From an uncultured Gammaproteobacteria bacterium (GTDB lineage Bacteria; Patescibacteriota; Patescibacteriia; Magasanikbacterales; GWA2-37-8): a stretch of DNA of 64,000 nucleotides. Below are positions 28,222-36,914 of the stretch, in pieces. A model generated the notes under the pieces. It saw only the letters and a list, made by a program, of their open reading frames with translations. It ran no database searches and was not told the DNA's origin. Made by a program: the position numbers and the translations under genes. How positions within the stretch are numbered: position 1 is the first letter of the stretch; every line of letters begins with the position of its first letter. The stretch lies in NCBI GenBank assembly GCA_964355175.1, contig CAYHBZ010000001.1, positions 304,523 through 368,522 on the forward strand, in the 5' to 3' direction.

Positions 28222-28641
28222 CTATTGTGCACAAGAACGAGCCAATAAATAATCGTTGGCCGTCGGCTCGGCGCCATTTTTAATTTCATTGGCGCGCTTC
28301 TCGCCCAATTTGGCATAGAAACACGCTTCCATAGCCGGAGTAATTTGAGTCGGCAACTTCGCCGGATCAATACCCACTTTCTCCAGCGCTTGTTCTTGGG
28401 CCGGAGATAACATCGGATTCTTGTCTACTGCCGCATTGTTTGTATTTTTTGTCGTAGAGGCTGGTTGTCCATATGAATTTTGAAGCAAAGGTTTGATACC
28501 ATATGGATCGGCCACATACAGATAAATACCCGCAATGATTAGGAGAAAGAAAATGATTCCCAGAATCATAAAAAATATTTGCAGAAATTTTTTCATATAA
28601 TTTTGATTTAAATATATTACCAGATTTATTGTATCACCCAT
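28222..28641 (-). CDS. Small membrane-anchored protein of unknown function
   Basis: The ORF has one clear TM segment (FLQIFFMILGIIFFLLIIAGIYLYV). The likely start is the internal MKKF. Confidence 0.5.
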   Translation of the reverse strand: MGDTINLVIYLNQNYMKKFLQIFFMILGIIFFLLIIAGIYLYVADPYGIKPLLQNSYGQPASTTKNTNNAAVDKNPMLSPAQEQALEKVGIDPAKLPTQITPAMEACFYAKLGEKRANEIKNGAEPTANDYLLARSCAQ

Positions 28642-28688
28642 CTATAACAAAAGCAAAAAGCGAGCTATTAACTCACTTTTCACGTCCG

Positions 28689-28779
28689 CGGAGAGGCAGG
28701 GATTTGAACCCTGGATGCAGTTTTAAAGCTGCATAACACATTAGCAGTGTGCCGCTTTCGACCACTCAGCCACCTCTCC
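28689..28779 (-). tRNA. tRNA-Ser (anticodon GCU), class II with a long variable arm
   Basis: The reverse complement is GGAGAGGTGGCTGAGTGGTCGAAAGCGGCACACTGCTAATGTGTTATGCAGCTTTAAAACTGCATCCAGGGTTCAAATCCCTGCCTCTCCG. The anticodon loop is CTGCTAA. Confidence 0.9.
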
Positions 28780-28861
28780 AAAATATGTAAATTGTGCTAT
28801 AATTGTACCAGAAAAATAAAAATAGTCAACCCATCTGCAATTATCAACTTAGCTATTGATT

Positions 28862-30445
28862 ATGAAAAAAATACTTTTTTGGCTGTTATTGGTACTAAAT
28901 TTAGTCTATCCGCTGACCATTATATCCAATACCCTAGACGGTGATTTCGGTTGGCATCTGCGTTTTGGACAGGATATCCACACGCAGAGCTCTTTTCCCT
29001 ACCTCGATACCTACACCTATACAAAATATGGCGAACCTTGGACCAATCACGAGTGGGGCGGCGACTGGATTATTTACCAGGTTTATTCTCATCTAGGATA
29101 CTTCTGGATCAATATCATCGTGGCACTGGCCGGCGCTCTCGCTTTTTGGATTATCGGCAAAGCATTTATTAAAAAACCTGGAGTTTCTTTTTTGTTTTTT
29201 GCTCTGGCCTGCCAGATGGCCGTGTACCATATTTTCGCGCCACGTCTGGCGATGTTTTCGCAATTATTTGCCGCTTTGATTATTTTAATAATTGAAAAAT
29301 ATTCCTCCCGTCCGCGCGCGCTATACCTGATACCGTTTATTATCTGGCTGTGGTCCGTTTTGCACGGTAGCTGGATTTTGGGCTTTATTATTATGAATAT
29401 TTATTTGGGTTGTGCCGTGCTTCCATATATTGTGGGCCAAAAATACCAAAAATATTTTAATGAAGAAAAAAAGCCGCTTACTTTTATTTATCAGCTAATA
29501 GGGATTCAATTGCTGGCGGCAGTGCTAATTATAATCAATCCCTACGGCATAAAAATTTGGCAAGAAATCTTTCAGTATTTTGGACAAAATTACTACAAAG
29601 CCCACATTAGCGAATGGACACCGAGCTATGCTTATCCGGTGTTTCCAAAAATTTTGATTTTGCAGACCATTACCTTAGTATTGGTAATATACGGCTTTAT
29701 CAAACGCAAAGTAAAATTTACTTACCTGACTTTTTTCCTGGCCTTTTTTTACGCGGCCATGATGTACAAACGCCAAGCGATTTTTACCGCCCTGCTTTCC
29801 GCCCCAATATTATATTATACCGCCACTTTTATGCGGGAACAGATGACCAATTTAAAATTTTATAACTTTTTTATAAAACAAAAAGAAAAATTCTATTTTG
29901 TCGGAATAATTATCACGATACTTTTGATAATATTCTATGCCCGCCAAATGCACTATACCGATGATCCTTGGAATGACAAAATTCTTTCCTATAATAACGC
30001 TCCGCCCTACGAAGCGACCATATTTTTACAAAACTATACCGCGGGAAAATCAATAAAATTATTCAATGAATTCAGTTGGGGTGGATTTTTAAATTGGATG
30101 TTGCCAAATGCTCTGGTATATCTGGACGGCCGCGGCAGTGCCACCTGGATGCACGACAAAAATACCAGCATGCTACAACACTATATCGAACTCAAAGAAG
30201 AAGATAATGCCGTAAAAATAATTGAAGATACCGGGGCGGACTATATCATGTTACGCTATCCCAAATTTGTCATTAGCGGCATTCCCAGCTTCGCCGACCG
30301 ACATTTATTTGGTGATAATTTCAAAGAATATTTCGTGAATCATGAAGAAAAACTGAGGGAGAAAATTGACAATAGCGGTCACTGGAAAAAAATATATTCA
30401 GACAATCGCGCTAACATCTGGCAAAAAATTAATCCCGCGCCATAA
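28862..30445 (+). CDS. Polytopic integral membrane protein, possibly a GT-C-type glycosyltransferase
   Basis: More than 10 hydrophobic segments are followed by a soluble C-terminal domain. The start is placed at the ATG at 28862 (MKKILF). The functional call is only a guess based on architecture. Confidence 0.6.
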   Translation: MKKILFWLLLVLNLVYPLTIISNTLDGDFGWHLRFGQDIHTQSSFPYLDTYTYTKYGEPWTNHEWGGDWIIYQVYSHLGYFWINIIVALAGALAFWIIGKAFIKKPGVSFLFFALACQMAVYHIFAPRLAMFSQLFAALIILIIEKYSSRPRALYLIPFIIWLWSVLHGSWILGFIIMNIYLGCAVLPYIVGQKYQKYFNEEKKPLTFIYQLIGIQLLAAVLIIINPYGIKIWQEIFQYFGQNYYKAHISEWTPSYAYPVFPKILILQTITLVLVIYGFIKRKVKFTYLTFFLAFFYAAMMYKRQAIFTALLSAPILYYTATFMREQMTNLKFYNFFIKQKEKFYFVGIIITILLIIFYARQMHYTDDPWNDKILSYNNAPPYEATIFLQNYTAGKSIKLFNEFSWGGFLNWMLPNALVYLDGRGSATWMHDKNTSMLQHYIELKEEDNAVKIIEDTGADYIMLRYPKFVISGIPSFADRHLFGDNFKEYFVNHEEKLREKIDNSGHWKKIYSDNRANIWQKINPAP

Positions 30446-31157
30446 CCAGTCCATACACTTTTTGCGCTCCGGCGGATTTTAATACACGCGCACACTCCTG
30501 CATCGTGGCCCCGCTCGTGAAAACATCATCCACCAAAATAATATTTTTAGAGAGCGCGTCACGACCTTGCCAAACAAAAGCGCCATTTAGATTGGACAGG
30601 CGCTCAGCTCGATTTAATTTGGCTTGCTGTTTGGTAAATTTTATTCTCTGTAAATTGAGATCATCCAACTGAATACCCGGATGATCTTTTTTTAATACTT
30701 GAAAAATATTTTGCGCGATTAATTGCGCCTGATTGAATCCGCGCTCACGCCGACGCCGGCTATGTAGCGGCACGGGCACAAGTGTGGCATCACAGCTAGG
30801 CAGATTACCGGCTTGCCAAATAGTATTCAAAAATTCTGTCGTGATTTGAAGCCAAAGATTATTGATATCCGTAACTAGATTATACTTAAATTTTTTTATC
30901 AATCCACTCACCGCTCTATTATTTTGATAATTAAAAAAGGCGGCCACAGCTTCTAGACTGCTGGCCGCCTGACAATTGAGACAATTTTTGCCGTTTAAAT
31001 TTTTCAGATGACAAACTGGACAATAAAATTCTCCGCCGTTAAAACTTTGTATTATACAACTATCACACCACCACACACCCTCTTGATCGCAGCCCAAACA
31101 AAATATCGGAAACAAACAATCCTTTATAAATTGCACTAGCTCCCCTCCCCTAAACAT
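30429..31157 (-). CDS. comFC: ComF-family competence protein (ComFC, phosphoribosyltransferase domain)
   Basis: N-terminal Cys clusters are present (CLGCDQEG..C, CPVCH...CLNC). RGFNQAQLIA and ILVDDVFTSGATMQECARVLKSAGA form the PRTase motif. The start lies 4 nt after the upstream stop. Confidence 0.8.
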   Translation of the reverse strand: MFRGGELVQFIKDCLFPIFCLGCDQEGVWWCDSCIIQSFNGGEFYCPVCHLKNLNGKNCLNCQAASSLEAVAAFFNYQNNRAVSGLIKKFKYNLVTDINNLWLQITTEFLNTIWQAGNLPSCDATLVPVPLHSRRRRERGFNQAQLIAQNIFQVLKKDHPGIQLDDLNLQRIKFTKQQAKLNRAERLSNLNGAFVWQGRDALSKNIILVDDVFTSGATMQECARVLKSAGAQKVYGLVMARD

Positions 31158-31160
31158 ATT

Positions 31161-31757
31161 TTATTTTACCATTGTAAAATTATCTACAAACCAAGTGTCG
31201 CCACTTTTTACCAAGCTCACTTTGGCCTGAGCGTCTTTTTGAGTAATCACTCCGCCTTTTTCTTCAGTAATTTTTACCTGCAAATCTACCGTCGCGCTGA
31301 CATCAGTCCAAGCGGATATTTTGGCGCTATAGGCCTCCACACTCACGGCATAAAAATTTGGACTATTAGCGGGAATATTAGCCGGAATTTTGGCACTTAA
31401 TTGTTTCCAGTAGCTGTCGGTGGCCAAACTTTCCACATCCATCATATTCTGATAGCGGCTTTCCGAAGAATATGAATTCAATCTTTCCACGAAAATTTTA
31501 GCAAAATTTTGAGCGGCCTTTTGCTGAGTTTCCAAAGTGCTGGTTTTTGGCACATTTACATTCTGTAGATTGGTGACTGGCAAAGTGGTGCCGGCAGGAT
31601 TACTTTCAGAGTCGCCAGGCAATACTGTATTACCAGCATTATCTACTGCCGGAGCATTTTTATTTTTGGAGCGCACATACAAAAATATACTGACACCCAA
31701 AATAAATAATACGATTAAACTAACTACGATAAAAATACGGGCGCGTAATGACATCAT
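31161..31757 (-). CDS. Bitopic membrane protein with a C-terminal alpha+beta domain, possibly VirB8-like (NTF2-like)
   Basis: A single N-terminal TM segment (IFIVVSLIVLFILGVSIFLYV) is followed by a low-complexity linker and a globular domain of about 120 aa. The gene lies immediately downstream of VirB4. The VirB8 assignment rests only on architecture and context. Confidence 0.5.
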   Translation of the reverse strand: MMSLRARIFIVVSLIVLFILGVSIFLYVRSKNKNAPAVDNAGNTVLPGDSESNPAGTTLPVTNLQNVNVPKTSTLETQQKAAQNFAKIFVERLNSYSSESRYQNMMDVESLATDSYWKQLSAKIPANIPANSPNFYAVSVEAYSAKISAWTDVSATVDLQVKITEEKGGVITQKDAQAKVSLVKSGDTWFVDNFTMVK

Positions 31758-31766
31758 ACAAAATTA

Positions 31767-33635
31767 TTATTTAGTTTGATTTTCAAATTCTTGTTTGGCG
31801 CGTTCGATCTCAAGCAACTGCTGCGGGTTGGTGGTCACCAGCTGATCTTCGGTATACGAAGCCACGATCTTGATAGCGGCATGTTTGAGACCGGCAAAAA
31901 ATATTCCTTCACCCGGAGCACTCTCCAACAATAAATATTTTTCACTATCCGTAAGCATGAAAACTTTTTGAATGTTGTCCACGGCGGCCGGAGATTGGCG
32001 GAGCAACAATTGCAAAGCCGAATTGGTCACAATCGCCTGTCCGTATTGGGAATGCAAGAAATCATTTACATCCTGCGTAATAGTCGTGACACCCAAATAA
32101 TATTTACGACAGCGTTTCACCAAAGCAAAAATAAATCTGGCGGAATCTTCGTGTTGCATCAGCCACCAGGCTTCATCAATTACGAGCACGCGCTTGCGAC
32201 GCTCGGAGCGCACCGTGTTCCAAATATAATTGATAATCGCGTAAATAGCGAGCGGACGCAATTCATCTTCCAAATCACGCACACTATACACCACCAACTG
32301 ATTTTTCATTTCCACATTGGTTGGCGAATTGAATAGTCCACTAAAAGTACCTTCGGTATATTTTTTCAATTTTAATACCAATTCGTTCGAGCCTTCCATA
32401 CCTTCGAGCACTTCCTGCAAATCTTGCATGATTGGCGCTTCGACAGTATTGAGATCCACACCGGATACGATATCTTTTTTGGCGTAAGTTTCGATGAGCG
32501 CTCTATCGATTACCGAATCCTGCTCAGTAGTAATACCACCAAGCATAATACGGAGTAATCCTTTCACAGTAATAACCGCGCTACGAATAATATCGTCGAC
32601 AGACAAATCCTGCTCCATTGGGCGAGGCAGATCAAATGGATTTACTTTACTCTCACTGCTCAAAGAAATATTAATATAAGTACCACCGACCGCGTCAGAG
32701 AGATGTTTATATTCCATTTCCGGATCAATCACAATCACTTCCAGGCCCATCATGAGAGAGCGCAAAATTTCCAATTTAATGGCATAGCTTTTACCGGCAC
32801 CGGAAGTAGCAAATACTACCATATTGGCATTCTGCATCGAAAAACGATCAAACAAAATCAAACTATTGTTGTGACGATTGATTCCGTACAAGATACCATT
32901 ATCGGAAGTAAGCTCGGCAGAAATAAATGGAAAAGACGCGGCAATCGGCGATGAATTCATGTTGTAGGAAATCATCAATTCATCATTGCACAGCGGCAAA
33001 GTAGAATTAAAACCTTGCTCAGCTTGATACAATACTTTGCGACTCATGATCAATTTACTGCCAAAAATACTTTCGATATCTTCGGATAACTGATCCAATT
33101 TTTCTTTATTTTTGGTATAAATAGTGACATAAAAAGCAAACTGAAAAAAGTGCTCTGTCCCCTGGGTTAGATTGTCGCGCAAGCCTTCAATATCACGCAA
33201 AGCGGTCTCACGAATTGGATCACGCGGCGCGCCCTTTTCGGCATCGGCGCTAATCTGCGCTTCGAGCGCACCTACTTTATTTTTTAATTGTTTCAAAATA
33301 ATTTCGGCTTTAATCGGATAAAAGAACATTGAAATATCCATATTCACCGACAAACCAATCACGGGAGAGCTCCAACCCACGGAAATATAACGCGGATAAT
33401 TCATGATGAAAAGCGTACGACAAAAAGTGGTGCCAAGCTGGATAAAATTGGACTCAATATTAAAAGCCGCCGGCGCGATAATATCACGCAACGACACCAC
33501 GCCCTCACGATAGACCTGCTCTTCTTGCAGAGTAATGAGTTCGGCAGCGGTAGCTTTTTCTAACTTGCTTTTATCTTTACTACCCAAACTCGCTTTATCG
33601 TTTTGTTTGGCAATGAATTGTGGTTTAAAGGCCAT
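31767..33635 (-). CDS. virB4: VirB4/TraC/PrgJ-family T4SS ATPase, C-terminal 622-aa part
   Basis: DIIAPAAFNIESNFIQLG..FCRTLFIMNYPRYISVGW is the VirB4 middle domain. VVFATSGAGKSYAIKLE is Walker A and RVLVIDEAWWLM is Walker B. TQDVNDF is also present. Confidence 0.85.
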   Translation of the reverse strand: MAFKPQFIAKQNDKASLGSKDKSKLEKATAAELITLQEEQVYREGVVSLRDIIAPAAFNIESNFIQLGTTFCRTLFIMNYPRYISVGWSSPVIGLSVNMDISMFFYPIKAEIILKQLKNKVGALEAQISADAEKGAPRDPIRETALRDIEGLRDNLTQGTEHFFQFAFYVTIYTKNKEKLDQLSEDIESIFGSKLIMSRKVLYQAEQGFNSTLPLCNDELMISYNMNSSPIAASFPFISAELTSDNGILYGINRHNNSLILFDRFSMQNANMVVFATSGAGKSYAIKLEILRSLMMGLEVIVIDPEMEYKHLSDAVGGTYINISLSSESKVNPFDLPRPMEQDLSVDDIIRSAVITVKGLLRIMLGGITTEQDSVIDRALIETYAKKDIVSGVDLNTVEAPIMQDLQEVLEGMEGSNELVLKLKKYTEGTFSGLFNSPTNVEMKNQLVVYSVRDLEDELRPLAIYAIINYIWNTVRSERRKRVLVIDEAWWLMQHEDSARFIFALVKRCRKYYLGVTTITQDVNDFLHSQYGQAIVTNSALQLLLRQSPAAVDNIQKVFMLTDSEKYLLLESAPGEGIFFAGLKHAAIKIVASYTEDQLVTTNPQQLLEIERAKQEFENQTK

Positions 33636-33638
33636 ATT

Positions 33639-34325
33639 TTATTCTTGTTCAATTTGCATCTTATCCATTGGCGCCATACGCTCGGTGAGAGCGATATCGG
33701 GATTATAAGTAGAGTACAATACTTCTACCAGAGACTGAGTGTCGAGGCGCACCACTTCCAGACCAATTCCGCGCAAACCAGACTCTACTTGGCGCACACG
33801 CTGATCTAAATCATATTTGCGTTTGGTGAATCTTTCCGCTTTTAGTTTTACCGTCACGGCCGGATGAAAAACTTCGCTCAAACGCGCCCAAAAACTTTTT
33901 TGTTTATTGGACAAAGGATCATAAGGCACCACTACATAAAAATTTTTGCTCATAATCTCCCCCATCTCGACAAGCTCCGACACAAAAGATCGATAGTCGG
34001 CAATCTGCGCGCGCAACAATTCATTGGTCTGTTCGCGCTCGCGTTTGAGCAAATCTTCCAGGTACGGCTTGATATATAATTCACGCGACTGAATTACCAC
34101 CTGCAAAGGGTGGTCCAAACCGTTGAGAAAACTCACATAAGCGGATACGATAGCGTTTTGTTCGTCTTCATTTTTCAAAGCAAAATTAATGCTCGATACT
34201 AACATTATAGCACGCATCGTGCCATCTTTCATCACCACGGTATCCTGTCTGATTTCTGAAACAGACAAAAATCTTTGGGCGGATGGTATGCTGGTTTTTT
34301 TTGCTGCCGCTTTTTTATTCTTCAT
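33639..34325 (-). CDS. VirB4 N-terminal segment encoded as a separate 228-aa ORF
   Basis: DTVVMKDGTMRAIMLVSSINFALKNEDEQNAIVSAYVSFLNGLDHPLQVVIQS follows, as I recall it, the N-terminal pattern of Gram-positive VirB4 proteins (Tn916 Orf16/PrgJ type). It is separated from the 622-aa ORF by TAA-AAT-ATG in the same frame. Confidence 0.55.
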   Translation of the reverse strand: MKNKKAAAKKTSIPSAQRFLSVSEIRQDTVVMKDGTMRAIMLVSSINFALKNEDEQNAIVSAYVSFLNGLDHPLQVVIQSRELYIKPYLEDLLKREREQTNELLRAQIADYRSFVSELVEMGEIMSKNFYVVVPYDPLSNKQKSFWARLSEVFHPAVTVKLKAERFTKRKYDLDQRVRQVESGLRGIGLEVVRLDTQSLVEVLYSTYNPDIALTERMAPMDKMQIEQE

Positions 34326-34331
34326 ATAAAA

Positions 34332-34784
34332 TTAATCTTCCGGTTTATAATAACCGCCGGTATTTACCGCCAAGGCCAAATCGCGCAGACGGTTATAGGA
34401 TAAATTTGGCACCTCCGCGATCTTTTCTACTAGCACCACCGTTTCCATTTTGCGCAATTGTTCCAATTCTTCTTTGGTGTCCATTTTATACCAGATGCGT
34501 CGACTCGGTCGGCGCAGTGTCTGAAACAAATTCAATAAAAAATAATGAAAAGACTGTCCGTTGATTTTTACAAAAGCCAAGATCAGAGAAAAGCTACCTA
34601 GAGTGGCTAGAGAGAAAATGAACAAAGCCATGTCCGCCAATTTAAAAGTAATAAATAAAATCAGTCCGGCAATTAGCAAGATCAAAAACTGACGCGTAGT
34701 CACCGGTCCAAAAATTTTATCCTCAACGTCAATAAATTGTGGCACTACAAACTGTTCCATATTAAATAGCCAACTCTTTTTCAA
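34332..34784 (-). CDS. PrgI-family (VirB3-like) small membrane protein
   Basis: VPQFIDVEDKIFGPVTTRQFLILLIAGLILFITF followed by a second TM segment is the PrgI-family pattern. The gene lies directly upstream of VirB4, as in Gram-positive T4SS loci. The likely start is the internal MEQF. Confidence 0.6.
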   Translation of the reverse strand: MKKSWLFNMEQFVVPQFIDVEDKIFGPVTTRQFLILLIAGLILFITFKLADMALFIFSLATLGSFSLILAFVKINGQSFHYFLLNLFQTLRRPSRRIWYKMDTKEELEQLRKMETVVLVEKIAEVPNLSYNRLRDLALAVNTGGYYKPED

Positions 34785-35901
34785 AATTAATTAAAGCTTC
34801 AATTTCCGCTAAAGAAATTTTATCTCTTTCTCCCAGCACTCCGGATAGTGGTCGTCTCTGCTCTATCGCCTCATCCACCGCGCTAATATAAGATTGATAC
34901 AGAGGACTATTATGCCAAGCGTCCCAGGATTTCATAAACAGCAGATAGGATTCTTCTTTCAAGTTCAAAAATTTTTGTTTCAGGCGCTCAGCGGCATCGA
35001 CCGGCTTGGAAGACAGGCGGCGAAAATCTACCAGATTGAAAAATTGAATCTCGTCGAGAGGCCCCATGGCCATCGGTTTGCTATGCACATCGTGCATCAT
35101 CGCTCTAGGAGTCACCGAAGCCGCGCGCATTGGCGCAATATTTTGGGCCGGTTTCTGCTCTGTTTTTTTTGCGATCAAATCTTCGATCGGCGCCGAAGCT
35201 ACGCCGGCACTGAAAATAATTTTATCTACAATATTTTCTTTCACTTCCTTTTTTTCTACTTTCGGCAAGTAAGTGGTTGGTTTGGATTTTTCGGTCAATT
35301 CTCTAGCCTGAGTTTCAGTCAATCCCAATCCACCGTCTTTTATAGAACGGCCACAAGCATCCAGAGTATCAGGTTCACTGCGAATATCTTTTAGACGGAG
35401 CTGAACGACACTACGCAAGCGACTATCAATTTGAGGTGAAACTTTAAATGATAAACTGGAAATGATTTTGGAAACTTGATCGGTGCGATTGGATGCTACG
35501 GTAGTTTTGGCATGTTCACTGTCTGGGACTTCTTCATGGAGCAATGATTTCAAATCTTCATTTTTCAAAACTGGCTTTCCTGGCACTTTTTTATCGTCAT
35601 CCTGAGCGACTTTATTGTCATCCCGAACGGATGTGAGGGATCTTTCCGGCCTGTTAGATTCCTCGCTTACACTCGGAATGACAGTATTCACCTTTGGAAC
35701 GACAGGTGCTAAAACAGGCTTCACAGGTGCGGACACAGGCACAGCCGGTGTTGGCGCCACTGGTGTCGGTGCAACTGTTGGTACAGCCACTGTCGGTGTA
35801 GACGCGCCGGCCTGGCGTTTTTTTATTTCAGTCAAAGAAACCCTCTCGGTCGTGCCGTCGGATTTTTTTACCGTAATCATGATTTGATTATTGTCTGGCA
35901 T
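34762..35901 (-). CDS. Hypothetical protein (379 aa) with a Pro/Val/Ala-rich segment and an embedded palindromic element
   Basis: The ORF is part of the operon and its ends overlap or abut the neighbouring genes. The repeat-derived peptide VIPSVSEESNRPERSLTSVRDDNKVAQDDD is embedded in it. I recognise no domain. Confidence 0.6.
   Translation of the reverse strand: MPDNNQIMITVKKSDGTTERVSLTEIKKRQAGASTPTVAVPTVAPTPVAPTPAVPVSAPVKPVLAPVVPKVNTVIPSVSEESNRPERSLTSVRDDNKVAQDDDKKVPGKPVLKNEDLKSLLHEEVPDSEHAKTTVASNRTDQVSKIISSLSFKVSPQIDSRLRSVVQLRLKDIRSEPDTLDACGRSIKDGGLGLTETQARELTEKSKPTTYLPKVEKKEVKENIVDKIIFSAGVASAPIEDLIAKKTEQKPAQNIAPMRAASVTPRAMMHDVHSKPMAMGPLDEIQFFNLVDFRRLSSKPVDAAERLKQKFLNLKEESYLLFMKSWDAWHNSPLYQSYISAVDEAIEQRRPLSGVLGERDKISLAEIEALINFEKELAI
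35596..35682 (-). repeat. Palindromic element copy C (35617-35682) plus an adjacent half-copy (35596-35610), in frame within the 379-aa ORF
   Basis: The full copy is gtcatcccgaacggatgtgagggatctttccggcctgttagattcctcgcttacactcggaatgac. The half-copy gtcatcctgagcgac matches the left arm of copy A at 13 of 15 positions. Confidence 0.6.
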
Positions 35902-35903
35902 AT

Positions 35904-36914
35904 TTATAAGCTATGTTGATGTAAACCAATCACCAGGCGTAATAATTCTCTGAGCCAATTCTGCACGGCTTGAGTATTTGGTTCATTTTGATAAAAATCG
36001 GCAATAAATTTTTCTTGAGCAAAAGTTTTAATATCCGCTTCATAAACCAAAGCAAATACTTGGTGAACAGCTTCCTGAACTTTCACGCCAGAAACAGCTT
36101 CGGAAGTGGTCGGTATAAATTCTCCATTATAATCCAAAGTACGAATCAAACCATCAAATTCTTTATCCAATTCTTGGGCATTCAAGCCATTATAAGCCAT
36201 CAACAAACGATCGCGCACTGGCACACCTACCACCACCGATTGATAAAAATAATTTTGTAATAAAAATTTATGATCAGATATTGATAAATCCCTAAAATAT
36301 GCCCAGGCCATTTGTATTATTAGACTACTGACCAAAACTTCCAGCCAATAAAACTGTGCACCTTCGTAATCGTCTTCCTTGGTAGCCGCAGGCAAAGAAT
36401 TTAATAATTTTCCGACATAACTAGTTGAAGCCGCGCCGGTAATTATTTGCCTCAAGGTATAGACAAATAAAATATCATCATAATAAGGCAACTTGCCGGC
36501 CAAAATCAAACTAATTTCTTCATCGTTATACGGCTTGATTTCTTTCAGATCAGGCGACAAATTATCAGTAGCGGCTGATACCAAAAAAATCTGTGAAGAT
36601 AAGCTATTTAACAACTCTTGATCGCTGGGGTTGGCTATAAAACTTTTGATAAGATCGACGCTGATTAAACTTATTAAAACCTTATCAATTTTTACAAGCA
36701 GTCCATTACTGGTATTTTGCAATTGTTTGGATAGATTTTCGGCCACACCATAGATACCCTTGGAATTTGGAGTAAACAGCTCTAGACGATCCTCGGCGGC
36801 GACCAATTCATTCAAAGCCAAGACAACCTCATTTTGTGGCTGAGAATAAAAGGTATATAATTTTTGCGCTCCAAGCTTTAAGGCCATATTTAAGAAAATA
36901 TTTTTTCGTTCCAA
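35904..36914 (-). CDS. Hypothetical soluble protein (336 aa) in the T4SS-like operon
   Basis: The ORF has no TM segment and a helical-looking composition. It overlaps the upstream gene by 25 nt. Confidence 0.6.
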   Translation of the reverse strand: MERKNIFLNMALKLGAQKLYTFYSQPQNEVVLALNELVAAEDRLELFTPNSKGIYGVAENLSKQLQNTSNGLLVKIDKVLISLISVDLIKSFIANPSDQELLNSLSSQIFLVSAATDNLSPDLKEIKPYNDEEISLILAGKLPYYDDILFVYTLRQIITGAASTSYVGKLLNSLPAATKEDDYEGAQFYWLEVLVSSLIIQMAWAYFRDLSISDHKFLLQNYFYQSVVVGVPVRDRLLMAYNGLNAQELDKEFDGLIRTLDYNGEFIPTTSEAVSGVKVQEAVHQVFALVYEADIKTFAQEKFIADFYQNEPNTQAVQNWLRELLRLVIGLHQHSL

